Assembly (NCBI GenBank): GCA_950097015.1
Contig: CATNEN010000024.1
Location: forward strand, 4,030,001-4,094,000
Source of the DNA: Macrostomum hystrix
Lineage: Eukaryota > Animalia > Platyhelminthes
Direction: 5' to 3'
DNA: 64,000 bases
The translations under genes were made by a program, and so were the position numbers. Positions 31,401 through 42,900 of the stretch are shown one piece after another; position 1 is the stretch's first letter, and the number at the start of each line of letters is the position of its first letter. The notes under the pieces were generated by a model, which was not told where the DNA came from, did not search any database, and was given only the letters and a program-made list of their open reading frames with translations.

Positions 31401-33120
31401 GAAATCGCTCTTGTGTATTTTCGGCTATCGACTACAAACAGTCGCATTTCTCAGTTCTTACACAAGGGACCAATTAACCTAGTGGTTAGAGATTTGGAAT
31501 TATAGCCAGAAGGGCGGTAGTTCGAATCTCAGCCCGGGGAAAGCAGTATGTGTCCTTAAACACTTAATTCCCAAGTGCCTCAGTTCTAACGGTTTTAAAA
31601 TGGAAACTTTGGTACAATAAGCTGGTATGCAAGGTGCGCCACCCAATAGCTGTGGCTAAGCCACTGGCTATACGTCTGGCCCAACTTTTCTAGATATTAT
31701 TTCGTTCTCTATTTCAATCAATCTAGGTCATGATAGATTCTAGACTCTAGACACAAGTTGAAAACTTTTACAACTGATTTTCCGCACAGATGCGCTGTGC
31801 AAATGCAGGACCTGCTGAGTGATCTGGAGTGGCGCTGGGAGCGCGGCAAATTTATGAACAGACGGTTCCTCATGCTAGAGCTCTATCAGCGTTTCCAGGC
31901 GGGCGACGACACTGTCGGCTCCGTTGCTAGGGACGCCGATCCGTTCTGGGAGCCGCCTGAGGAGGTGGTCGTTGGCACGGCCACGCTATTCCTGCAGTCG
32001 CTGGCCTACTGTCTTGACTTCGAAGATCGCCTGCCAGTCATCGACCATCGTGGCGTCGTTGAAGGTCACGTGACCGCTGGCCTGACGCCGTGCGACGTCG
32101 AAGGTCGCCCGCTAGGCGAGGACGAATTCATCGACGAGCCTGAGGAGCTGCTTGGCCGGCCGTTGCGATTCAAGGTGCGAATCGAGTCCGCCGAGCTGCT
32201 GCGCCAGCGACACACTCGAGGCGGCTGCCGAGTGGCCTTCGCACTGCTCAGCAAGTCGGTGACAACGCAGACTGTGTTGGACACGGCTGCGCCAAAGTTC
32301 GGCTTCGCCGAGCGGTTCAGTCTGGCCAGTGTGCAGTCGCAGCATCTGCAGTTGCTGACGCATGGCAGCGTCACACTGGAGGTTTGCTTATTAGCTCTGC
32401 GATAGTCACTGTCAGAGTTCGTCACTAAATTCTGAGCCTTTTCAAACTCCGCTTGCAGCTACTCTGCAAGCAGCGAGAGGCGACGCCAGACGGCCGCCTA
32501 TCCGGTCAGTCGACGAGGCAGCTGAGAGAGCGGCTCCGACTCGGCGCCAACGGTATTGTCGGTGGCAACGTCGGTGACTCTGGTCCCTCATCGGCCGATG
32601 CACTGATCGGCGTCGGGACAGTCAGCGTGGCAGACGCTGCCGAGTTAAGCAGGGCTCGTGGCGAACTGGTGGCCCTGCAGCATCGGGTAGCTCGCCTCGA
32701 AGCCCGCGAGCGTCGCTTATTGCAGCTTTGCTCCGATTGGTCCGCCAAGGAGCCAATCGGAGACAGTGCCGGCGACTTTCAAGCCTTGCTGAGGGCCCTG
32801 ACAGCGCTGGCCAGCGGACCTGGCGGACGGTTTCGCGGAAAAGCCGGGCTGATCGGAAAGGTGGGCAGTGAATACCAATTAACTCGCCGCAAAGGTGTTC
32901 ACGAGAGGGCGTCCTTAACAATACGAGTAAAAATTATTTGCAGATGATGCACATACGAAAGGGCGATGCGACAACAGACAATCAGCAGCACAAGGAAGAG
33001 CTGGAGCAGTCGCTGCCTCAGCAGCAGCCAGATCAGACCGCACTGACGCCTTCATCGCCAGGCGGGGCTTCGGCGGAGACGGAGGTTGGCAAGAAGAGCA
33101 AGACATGCCTCATCATGTGA
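22475..33120 (+). CDS. KIF28: Kinesin-3 motor, KIF28/KLP-6-like: motor domain, FHA domain, stalk, C-terminal CaaX
   Basis: Exons 22475-22488, 22579-22688, 23171-23213, 23312-23518, 24317-24386, 26882-27227, 27758-27953, 28050-28200, 29071-29167, 29257-29360, 29803-30142, 30480-30623, 30722-30866, 31790-32381, 32459-32860 and 32944-33120, joined in frame. Motifs: [17 protein letters not shown]-loop [67 protein letters not shown] and the FHA lead-in [14 protein letters not shown]. Kinesin-3 assignment is secure; the KIF28 subtype is by resemblance (GYGSNRGIVP, WSHDGF). Confidence 0.88.
22700..23080. repeat. 18-bp/compound minisatellite (kinesin intron 2)
   Basis: Unit cctgacacctcactccac, plus a duplicated longer block. 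Confidence 0.85.
23519..24200. repeat. 36-bp minisatellite beginning at the 5' splice site (kinesin intron 4)
   Basis: Unit gtgagtattatgagacaggtgtatggttagcaacc(g/a), about 19 copies. Confidence 0.97.
24387..25080. repeat. 20-bp minisatellite beginning at the 5' splice site (kinesin intron 5)
   Basis: Unit caggtgttctgag(t/a)ggcta(a/t), over 30 copies. Confidence 0.95.
25385..25530. repeat. About 51-bp repeat, roughly 3 copies
   Basis: ccccacacgcacacacatgctcacacttatatcccacagttcagtggggat. Confidence 0.8.
26495..26720. repeat. About 50-bp repeat with multiple ATTGG motifs
   Basis: gattggctgaatctagttttaatccgattggttggatcttagcctcttct; period 50. Confidence 0.85.
27258..27755. repeat. 14-bp minisatellite filling kinesin intron 6
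   Basis: Unit ccgattcccgaatt, about 35 copies, running directly into the acceptor AG at 27756-27757. Confidence 0.97.
28255..28985. repeat. 24-bp minisatellite (kinesin intron 8)
   Basis: Unit gatgatatgcatgagaatctcact, about 30 copies. Confidence 0.97.
29395..29725. repeat. 26-bp minisatellite (kinesin intron 10)
   Basis: Unit gatccagccaattagacgaagcctaa. Confidence 0.9.
30200..30360. repeat. Degenerate repeat of about 29 bp (kinesin intron 11)
   Basis: Recurring ttcagccaatcagagactgacc. Confidence 0.75.
30882..31211 (-). mobile_element. tRNA-headed SINE, family 2, copy 1
   Basis: On the minus strand: ggggaggtcggtggcag...agttcgattcc head, a conserved body and an (ATT)n tail. Homologous to 39686-39910 and 54341-54678. 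Confidence 0.75.
31466..31640 (+). mobile_element. Diverged CORE-SINE copy
   Basis: cctagtggttag A box, agttcgaatct B box, then tgtgtccttaaacacttaattcccaagtgcctcagttctaacggttttaaaatgg (CORE-like). Confidence 0.65.
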
Positions 33121-34485
33121 CTGGCTGATTGACACCTTACTAACAAATAAGCATGCGCTTGTAAACATTTGCATATTGACCTTATATTCTTTATTTTCTA
33201 TCCTGAGCTGATTGTGTTTTACTGAGAAATTAAGAAAAAACTAATAAATTCGCTTTGGATTCGATCCTCGTTTGGCAGTAGTCTGTATAAATTGATGGTA
33301 ACATGTTAATTATTAAGTATCTGTTAATTTGCTAAAAAAGTTTAGCAAGTTAAATCCAAAACTCTTATAGCAAGATAAAAACTTGTTGTTCATTTCATTC
33401 TTAAATCGGAAGTAAATTACTAATTCCGTTTTGCATTTCAGTGCGCGAGCCGCATCTTAGTCAGTCGTACGTGTGACTTCATATTTTGCTGTTGGGATGG
33501 ACCTTTTAAAGTACATCATAAGAAGTACACATTGGAGTGACAAAAGTCGGCATTGATAAGCCGCATATTTTGATGTTCGTATTTATTTAAAGGGCTTAAA
33601 ATTATTGTTTCAACTGTTTGTGCAAGTCTCATTGGAACCAGCTCTTTATTAGTTACTTATTGTTATATATACTTAATCTTTTTATTTAAGGAATTCCAAG
33701 ACAGATAATGCTAAACCTTAAATAGTTTCTTTATAATAAGAAAAAGCAAAAAAATTCCATTTCAATTTCAACGTTAATAATATCAAACAACACTTGTTCG
33801 ATATTACAAGGAAAAAATCAACAGTATGAGCAAGAATTGCGTAATTTTTCGGGTTTTGTTACTAATTTGAATGACGCGGAACAAAAGCGAACGAATTAGG
33901 ACAAAAATATTTTGTCTCGTATTCGCCGCTATTTATTTAGTTTATTGAATTATTGAATCCAAACAGACCTACAACTTTTGTCGAGTGCACAGCTTTATTA
34001 TTGACGCCAATTTGTATCAACTCTCATGATAATATGACTGTGAAAAAGATTGATCTGCACCAGAAGATCAATTGCAAATTATTAGTTTTAAAAACTATTT
34101 TATACGAAAAGTTTAATTAATTTCAGACTACAGAGATTTAGTCCACTGGAATAGAAGTTGCTCGCCTTTTGAAAGAACTTAAAGAACTTTTGCGAAGTTT
34201 TAGCGTGCAGGCGGCAGATCGAGGAAAATAAGTTAATATTACCGTAAATTAGAATGCAGATATCAGTAAAACAAAATGAACAAAGCAACGCGAAAGCGAA
34301 GGACAGAGCAAAATCAATTATCAAAAGAATTTGAACAGCAAATTGAGCTCATCACCCATCTAGTAAATCCAAGAGCTTAAATTGCTCAAATACACAATTG
34401 TTTTGAAATACACCATTATAACTTGAATTCTTGGAATATAAAAATGTAAATTAATTTAAACAATTATCTTACAGATTTTAATGGG

Positions 34486-35172
34486 TGTGACGTTGTCACT
34501 TGTTGTAAGCGCCCCTAGCAATTTAATTTACGTGTTAATTTACATAGCAAATTTACGTGTGTACTAACTAGGGCCGTTTTACTGATGTCATTTGGCTATC
34601 ATCCATTTTTCAGTTTCGTATGGTTAAGCTGTAATTCTTAGAGTGTTACTGTTAGTAGACGTTAGTGCACATCGCGCTGCCCCCAGCTTGTTTTTGCTAA
34701 TGTCTAATTGTCGTCTGCCCAGACCAGTGTACTTACACGCTCATTGGCTGGGGCCAGTTTCTAGATTTATCGATCGGCCTGTTCTGCAGTTTATTAAGTT
34801 TATTTAACTAAGGGCTTTGAGCCCGCTCGCGCACCACCTGCCTACCGCTCTACCCTGCCTACCGCTCTACCCTGCTTACCGCTCTACCCTGCCTCTGTCC
34901 TGCCTTCTTCCACTGCCGTGTCTGTCCTAGCTTCGCGTTCCGTACTATTTCCGTTCTCTGCCTTGCCGTGCCGTACCATTCGTTATTACCATTGCCATCG
35001 TTGAGCTCCTGCACCTTTACTTTTTCTTACTCTCTGCTTGTCGTGCATCCCAGTGTATAACGAGAATAAAGTGCTACCGCTACACCACATATTTGGAACT
35101 GACTCGAAGACTGAAAGTGAACTTTAACTGTCGCCGCTACGGACTTACTGTCTTCATCAATTTATCGTCACA
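34486..35172 (+). mobile_element. Solo LTR, 687 bp
   Basis: Starts TGTGACG and ends CGTCACA (inverted termini). Flanked by a perfect 5-bp TSD, ATGGG (34481-85 and 35173-77). AATAAA at 35065. Confidence 0.85.
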
Positions 35173-35539
35173 ATGGGGGACAAGGGGTTTCCTTGTTGCT
35201 GTTTAATTAATAAGGAGAAGCAACATTTTTCTACTGATCGTGGCCAATAAAGTACAACCAATCAAATAAAATGTAAACTGACAAATCCACTGACAAAAAT
35301 GGTCAGACCATGGAACACAATTAACGAGATTTCTGCACTACGAAAATTTTTCAAACAAACAAAAAGAAAACGTGAAGCAGCAAATTCGGGCGGACGGCAA
35401 AAAGGTTCGTGGTGCAAATAGCGGAAAATCACAAAAGCGAGCTATTGCAACATGTTTGTTCAGGCTATTGCTGTTTGGATAGTTAAAAGTACATGTGCTT
35501 AAAGGGAAGTCTTTAAGCAAATATTATGAGCGTATACTT

Positions 35540-36228
35540 CAGGGGTCGGCAAACTCCGGCCCGCGGGCCAGATGCGGCCCTCGAAGCTCCCAAATCCGGC
35601 CCGTTGCCCCTTCTGACATCTACAGTGTCCTGTTTCATCTCTCTCGTGTCTAATCTCTCCCGTGTCTCATCGCTCTCGTATCTAATCTCTCCCGTGTCTA
35701 ATCTCTCCCGTGTCGAATCTCTTCCCTATCTTATCTCTCCCGTGTCTCATCTCTCCCGTCTCATCTCTCCCGTGTCTCATCGCTCTCGTATCTAATCTCT
35801 CCCGTGTCTAATCTCTCCCGTGTCTAATCTCTTCCCTATCTTATCTCTCCCGTGTCTCATCTCTCTCGTGTCTCATCTCTCCCGTGTCTAATCTCTCCCG
35901 TGTCTCATCTCTCTCGTGTCTCATCTCTCCCGTGTCTAATCTCTCCCGTGTCTAATCTCTCCCGTGTCTCATCTCTCCCGTGTCTCATCTCTCCCATGTC
36001 TCATCTCTCCCGTATCTAATCTCTCCCGTGTCTAATCTCTCCCGTGTCTAATCTCTTCCCTGTCTTATCTCTCCCGTGTCTCATCTCTCTCGTGTCCCAT
36101 CTTTCCTGTGTCTCATCTCTCCCGTGTCTCATCTCTCCCCTATCTCATATTTATACAGTCAATGCGGCCCGCTGTCGTCTTTTAGGCTCTCTCTTTGGCC
36201 CGCCAGCAAATAAGTTTGCCTACCCCTG
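35540..36228. mobile_element. Non-autonomous hAT (Charlie/Buster-like) MITE carrying a minisatellite
   Basis: TIRs CAGGGGTCGGCAAACT and AGTTTGCCTACCCCTG (15/16 match) with subterminal ggcccgc motifs. The TSD is imperfect (gtatactt vs (a)ctatacta). The interior 35630-36145 is a tctcatctctcccgtg array. Confidence 0.8.
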
Positions 36229-36392
36229 ACTATACTAAGTTAAGCATTAGACAATTTACAAAACTTTTCATTTTAGCCGAATTGGTTTTACAATTAATCA
36301 TAGCTGAAACCATTTCTTATAGCGATCGAACATTATAATCTGATACGAAAAGCAGAACTGACAAATATTACCGGATAAGAATCCACCCATCA

Positions 36393-38601
36393 CTAGGACG
36401 GCTTCTCATTCGACTGAACAGCGTCCAGAATCTGCTGAATAGTCTTGGTCTGCATAGTGAGCAGGGTCTTCATCACCTCGCGGTATTCGCTGACCGTAAT
36501 GCTGCCGTCCTTCACCTGGCTAAGGAAGTGGCGTTGCTTCGAAACCATTTTGTCCATACTCTCCAACATGGCGCTGTGCACTTCAATTAGGGCGCTGCGG
36601 GTGCAAGTAAAATAACAAATATTAGATATACGACAAGAGAAGCAAGACATATAGGTTACAGAGGCCGTTTGTAATCTTAGAAAAGAAGGGACTCACTTGT
36701 CACCAATCCTTCCCTGACCCCAAATTTCGCCGTGTCCATTTCTGTCGCCGCCTTCTGACCGCTGTCTCTGCTGCTGCTGCTGCCTCTGAGAATGCGAGGA
36801 CGAGCTGCTGCGGTGATTTTTCCGGTAACGGCTGTGATAATCGCCTTCGAAAGTCTTTATCTCGTCGTTAGGATTGAAGGAGACCGCCTTCGGTGGACTG
36901 CTGCCGCAGCTGCCGCCAATCTTTGAAGGGCTGCCTTCGCGTCTGGCGGATGCGGCCGCAGCGGCTGCCGGCGAGGCGAACTCAATTTTGCGTGCGCTCG
37001 GGTGACGAATTTGCGGGGCGGTGCGCGACTGGGCGTCCTGAGGAATGGGGAAATGGGTCTAAAATGATATTTAAGGGATCCTATGAATCAGCTTGATAAA
37101 GCAAAGCTTTTCTGACCTGCATAAGAAACTCCAGGCTGCTGGATTGGTTGTGACCGCTGGCTGCACCTCCGACACCGGTTCCGACTCCGCTGTGCGCCGC
37201 CACTTCGCCATCAGACTGTTGATCCTCGCCTGGCGACTCCCTATCAGTGTCGTTGGCCTCCGCTGGCGAGTCGTCTGTTGCCGCCGACACCGGCATGAGC
37301 GCTGCGGCGATGGCGGCGGCGACTCCCCGACCTGTGGGGCTCTCGAGGCGTCGGCCGGCACTGCGAGCCATCCCGCTGGGCGGCTTGCTCTTCGCCGCCG
37401 CTGCCACCACCTCCGAGCCGCCGTCGTCGGAGTCGACTGCCGGTGTTGGAGTCGGCGGCTTCCGGGTTCCGCTGCTACTAGCGCTGCCGCCGCCGCTGCC
37501 ACCGCCGCCGCCGCTGCCACTGCCACCGCCGCTGCTCCCACCAACGCGGGCCTGTTCAAGACTCTCCTGCGAGCGGTCGCGCTTCTTCTGCACGAGGGAG
37601 GCCAGGCTGTTCAGATCGGCAGCGGCAGCGTTCTGATTGGTCAGATTCTCGCTGCTGCTGGCTTTGTTAAGCAGCTTCTTGTCCGGCAACACCTTCACTA
37701 CGGAGCCGCCACGTAGGCTACCAGCTCTGTTGCGATTCATTTGTGAGGGTTGCTGCAGCTGTTGCTGCTGCAACTTAATTGCCGCTTCCTGGGCTTTTTT
37801 CGGGCTCGAGGAGCGGGAGCCGCCAGAAACGGCAGCCGCTGCTGCTCTTGCCGTCAGCACAGAATGACGCGGCTCGAATGAGAAGATGATGTCCTCGCCT
37901 GGCTGCGGCAGCAGCGCCTTTGGAGAATCTTCAGATGGCGCTGGTGACACGGATGTGACACCGGCGGCTCGAGCGATTCCAGCGGCGCCGCCGACCACGG
38001 AGGAGTTGAATCGCTTGATGAGATTGTCCTTGAGACTGCGCGTACGACGCACCGGACTGCCGACACCGGGCGGCGGTGCCTGGGACGCTTGCGCCTGTTG
38101 ATGAGGCTGCTGCGCCTGTGCTAGGTATTGGTGCGTGTTGATTGGGCCCGAGTTAGACTTGCCACGTCCCTCCTCCATGCCGGAGAATGGCATGAAGGCG
38201 GACGGCTGCTGCGGCCTGTCGAGCTCCAGGCTGCGTCTGAGGCTGTTTGAACCCGACGAACTGCTGCTGCCCTCGTCGAAGCCGATGCCTCTGACTCCGC
38301 CGCCTACGCCTCCGCCTCCGGCTCCGCCGCTTCCGCCGCTGGTTCGCCGGCGCTGCGGTTTCGGCGAAGACTCGCAGGCACTTGGCTGAGGAGCTTCGAT
38401 CGCTGCTGCAGCCGCCGCCGCCGCAGCCACCGCCGCCGCCGCCGTTGGTGACGCGGAACCCCCGAAGGCCGACGTGTCGAAGCCCTGCGACTGATTAACG
38501 CTGGCGGAGATTCTAGTTGACTCTGTGATACCTCTGCCGCTATTGATGCTGTGGTTGCTGCTGCTGCTGTTTGTCTGCGGCGGGCCGAGGCCCCGGCGCA
38601 T
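36393..38601 (-). CDS. Uncharacterised low-complexity protein (about 675 aa) with an RVxF-type motif and a helical C-terminus
   Basis: Exons 38601-37117 (tgtcag|ATG...CAG|gtcaga), 37037-36697 (cctcag|GAC...AA|gtgagt) and 36594-36393 (ccgcag|C...TAG) join in frame. Upstream exons cannot be excluded. Confidence 0.75.
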
Positions 38602-39685
38602 CTGACAAAGTGAGTTGAGGCGCGAGTATCAGCGGGGATGGACGGCTTCCCTTTTGCAAGTCACATCTGAGCACATCAACGCGCTGCTCTTCTTCTAGTC
38701 ATGGTGAAAGAAACGAGGCTTTGTTGGGGACGGAAAGTGAAGTGGGTGGGATACGGAGCACTGCAGCTCGGACAGGGATAAAACTAGGCAGAGGGAGAGA
38801 GAAAGAAATGAGAGAGAAAATGTACGTGCAGGTGTGCTCACAAGGTGAGGAAGGAGGGCTAAAATTAGTCCGACTGTACAATCAGGTCTTCCCTGTTTGA
38901 GTACTGTTTCCCTTCACTCTTCCCACCAGGCCCTCATTTGGTAAAGATACGAGTACTGCAGGCCATGCAACCATTTGCCGACAAATGCTGCTAGATATGA
39001 CTCACTCTGCACTGCGGGTAAGAACGGATCGTCAAAGTCCCGACAGTACGGCCCTAAAAGCCCTTCCCGTCGCATCTCCCTCCACCTACAGTCGTGCTAT
39101 TGGCGCCAAAACAGCCAGCATGTACAGGAATGCCTCAGTCGCCCTGGCCGCTAGTCTCTTGTACTAAAGGCGGCAAGCAATGCGCGCCTCGTGTTTATCC
39201 TGGCTCTTGCTTTGACAACCGCCAGTCTGGAGTGACTATGCAGTGTGTGAGAGGAAATGTGACTGCGGGTCGCGGCAAGGACACCGGGGTGGGTGGTCGG
39301 ACTGCGTCGAGACGCGTGAGAATCGAAAAATATTTGGGGTTGGGGACATGAAATCATACAGAACGTGAGGAAAGAATGTCGAAAGGAAGTTGCACTAGGT
39401 TTGAACAAATATACGACGTAATATTAGCTAAAAGCCTATTTTTAGTGGAATTTAGTATAGTTTGGCCACAAACAAAAAATTTTCTTAACCCTTCAACAGT
39501 ACATCCCGTACAAAAACAACACTAAAAAGCATCCAAACTTCTGATTTTTACCATCAAATATTGCTGCACAATCTGTCTAATGCTATCTATAGGAGTCGGC
39601 AACATCCAAAATTGGCAAGGCCAATCATAGGCCCTGCCCCCATTCCAGAGACGTCTCTACCGTGTTTCGTTTAACAATACGCTGG

Positions 39686-39910
39686 TAATAATAATATTTG
39701 CAAAAGGGCTGCGGGCAATGGCACATCATTTGGTGACCATTGACCCGCAGTTAGCGAGGAAGCAATTCAGCCCGTTTTGCTGACTCCTGAGCACACACGC
39801 ACACAGACACTGCACAGGTGTGTACATCAGCCCAGGCTTTCTCATCGTCAGGCAGCGTGAGTGCCTTGGAGGTTGGAAGCCAACAAGACTAGTCTCCGCG
39901 GCTGCGACAC
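39686..39910 (-). mobile_element. SINE family 2, copy 2 (head degenerate)
   Basis: taataataatatttgc...agggctgcgggcaatggcacatcatttggtgac...tgtacatc...ctcatcgtca, matching 30882 and 54341. Confidence 0.75.
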
Positions 39911-42900
39911 AACTGAAGGTGACCTCGATGCGTCCCATTTCTCCCCGCCGCCTCATACTCATCTGTGCTTTTCTCGCCACCTTTAATTGAGTGCACCTGT
40001 CGAAGCTTCAGATGTTCAGCGGAAGCAAAAGAAATTCGAAGAAGATAAATTCCTACCTGCCAAAGCAGTTCAGAAGCAGCCGTGCCCGAATGCTGCTCAG
40101 ACTGCTGCTCCAGACTGGCTGATATTCCTAGAAAGTCTGGCCCCGCCCACGCCGGTTCTTCTGGGGCGTCAGCTGAGTAGGGCGATGCAGCTTGCGGCGG
40201 CCCGGTCAGCTCCGTTCCCAGCGCAATAGATGCGCCGTGCAGCGATAAGGAATACAGCCTGAGGAACTGATACTAGACCCAGACAGGCTAGACTTGAACT
40301 TTTAATACTAATAACTCAACGAGAAGGAAACTACTGCAACCTTCTATTTGCTTGCCGCTTTTCTTCTGCCGCGACTGCAACGAAAGGGGCGTGGTCTGTC
40401 GCAGCGCCGTAGTCTCACTGCCTCACTGCCAAATGTAATTTCTCTTTCCTATACACTATGTTTAGTCTATTAGGTTTCGATATAGATAGGTGCAGGAAAG
40501 ACTATACATACGCAATCTTCGAGTCTGAATTTTCTTTATATAGGACACTGCAAATTAGAAAGCAATGCTTGGAGAGAAGTGGCTCTCGCCTCGAATAAGC
40601 GCCAAGACAACCGAGACAAAATATAAATTTGGTCACACTGTTAAGCACGCTCGTGTGTGTACATTTCTGAGCACCTAGTCTGCATGCAGACCCTGTCAGG
40701 TCAATTCTCTGGCTGTCCCGCGGTGAACTCTCTTTCTGCCTTGCATCTGCAGGTAAGTAATAGCCTAATTTCATTCCTCGCCTCTCCAGCAGGGTAATTT
40801 AGTATACTGTGCACAGAGTCCTACCATGCAGATTTCTCACAAGTTTTTAAAGAGAAAAAATAACAGCTTGAAACAATGTGCGCACTGTACCTGTGTAGGT
40901 TCCCAGATCGCGGGAGAGAAAGAAAATGACGCAATACATTTTTAATAGCCTACAAGTGATACGTCACTACTGGACAGGCATTATTTAAATATAGTCCACA
41001 CAGAGATGAAAGCAAAATCATACTCTGCAATAAGCTGAATAAGGTGTCAATTATATTTATATGAGTAGTAATATAACACAATTCTTTTCTAAATACGAGT
41101 ATATTGATTACGTAGAGTTTTGCAACCTAAAGAATAAGTGGCAATGCTATTGCACGATCGTGTACATTACCGTCTAATCGTATTACTCATTTTTTACAAT
41201 ACTGCTTTTTAGAATGTAACCGGCTATTACTATTTACTGTATCATATATGAGTCCTTATAATTTCCCTATCGAGTTCACAGTCGCTCGATTCGGCTGATC
41301 ACTGCATTAGCGCAGTGACTAAAAATTAAGAGTTTGCTATAGCTGACACAGACTCCAAAGGCTACTGAAACTATAGGTAGTTTAACTAGTAGTCCCTTGA
41401 GCACCCACCAGATCAAATTAGGATTAGCTTTTGAGTATTTACATGGCGCTGTCAGGTATTGCGTAAAATACCGAAAGTACGTCGGGCAACTAAGCTAAGC
41501 CACCACGAGCATTTTGAGCCTTTTAAGTAGAATTATTCTGTTTTAGCCTAGTCTATTTACCGACATCGAAATAGATGTAAGCTAACAACGTGCAACATCA
41601 TCTCTTGTACATATACAATCATCCTGGTCCTGTACGGCCCTTGTCTCGTCACTGCAGTTTCCATTCACTGTCTCAAATATTAATACGTCATGTATACATC
41701 CAACTTAGGATAGTGTAATCTGGACTCTGCATAATTGCATTGATACGACGATATGCATATCGGAGCAGATTTTTTGACTGCCTCCACTGTAATCCAGTAC
41801 ATTTGTAATCTGTGTGCTTCAGGGTCCGTGAGCCCTTTGTCATACAATTACCTTATGGCTTCATTCGTAGGATATTTTTCTGTGGAGGGAAATAACTTGC
41901 CAATTGTCTGCTGTCTGATAGCGGCGCGTCCCGATAAACCGAATAAGAATAATACGTAAATGAACAATGCACATATGACGTGTTGCTGTCGCAACGAAAA
42001 AGCAGGGAGTAAGGTCATCAGAACTCTGCTCTTTTTTCCGCTATAAGGTCCTCTATCTTAAAAATATATAATTTGCCTCCAAAAGTAAATCGGTATTTTT
42101 ACAATAAATTAACTACTACACGACATAAAGTTAAACATTTTGTTATATTAAAGAAACGGTAGCGGGGGGATCGTCTTTCTTAGATTTTTTCAAGAAATAG
42201 TGCTCGAGGACGACGAAGTCATATAAAAATAGTTGTCATCTTACTCATCTAAGTAAGTTTTCTATCTAAATCCCAGTTTAATACCCACAAGAAGGCAGAT
42301 TTTTACCGTGAGCTTTAAGAATCGTGAATAGATTATGCTATTATGCTATAAATTTAGATATGGAACTAACGCGTGCGACTTGAGACCGCTCGAAAAAACG
42401 CACTAACAACCACATTGTGACGGTAAAGCATTATGCAACGCGATTTATAATATGGGATAGAAATACAATGTGCTATTCCTGTCATTAAACTGAAAAGATT
42501 TGCACTTATTTGCTCATAAAAGTAAAACATTCCTAGGCATGAAACATGCTAGGAAACATTCTAGGCAAACATCTTGTTTGCTGCAAATGTCCCATTCTAG
42601 ACATTGTTCCATACTTAAGTAGGCCTATATTGCTACCACCTTAAATTTAAGTAGTGCCTAGCTAGTAGCTAGTAGGGACTGTTGCTACCCCATGGCTATA
42701 CCTATATATGCTATATATAGGCTAGGGAGATGCTATACCCATACCCACCCTCAATTATCCTAGATAATGTGGTACAATTACTTCTTATTTAGCTGCTGGA
42801 TAAACTGAATAATTGTTGAGTTATGTGTCTTGCTAAAGAACACAAAATTGTTCCAAGGGAGTTGAGAATCAAATTCTCAACTTTCACCTTATGACTCCAA

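Noticed and set aside
37071-38389. Antisense and alternative-frame ORFs over the GC-rich 38601 gene (and similar ones over ASCL, KIF28, DCTN6 and PAAF1)
   Set aside because: Expected shadows of GC-rich codon usage, with no independent motifs or splice support.
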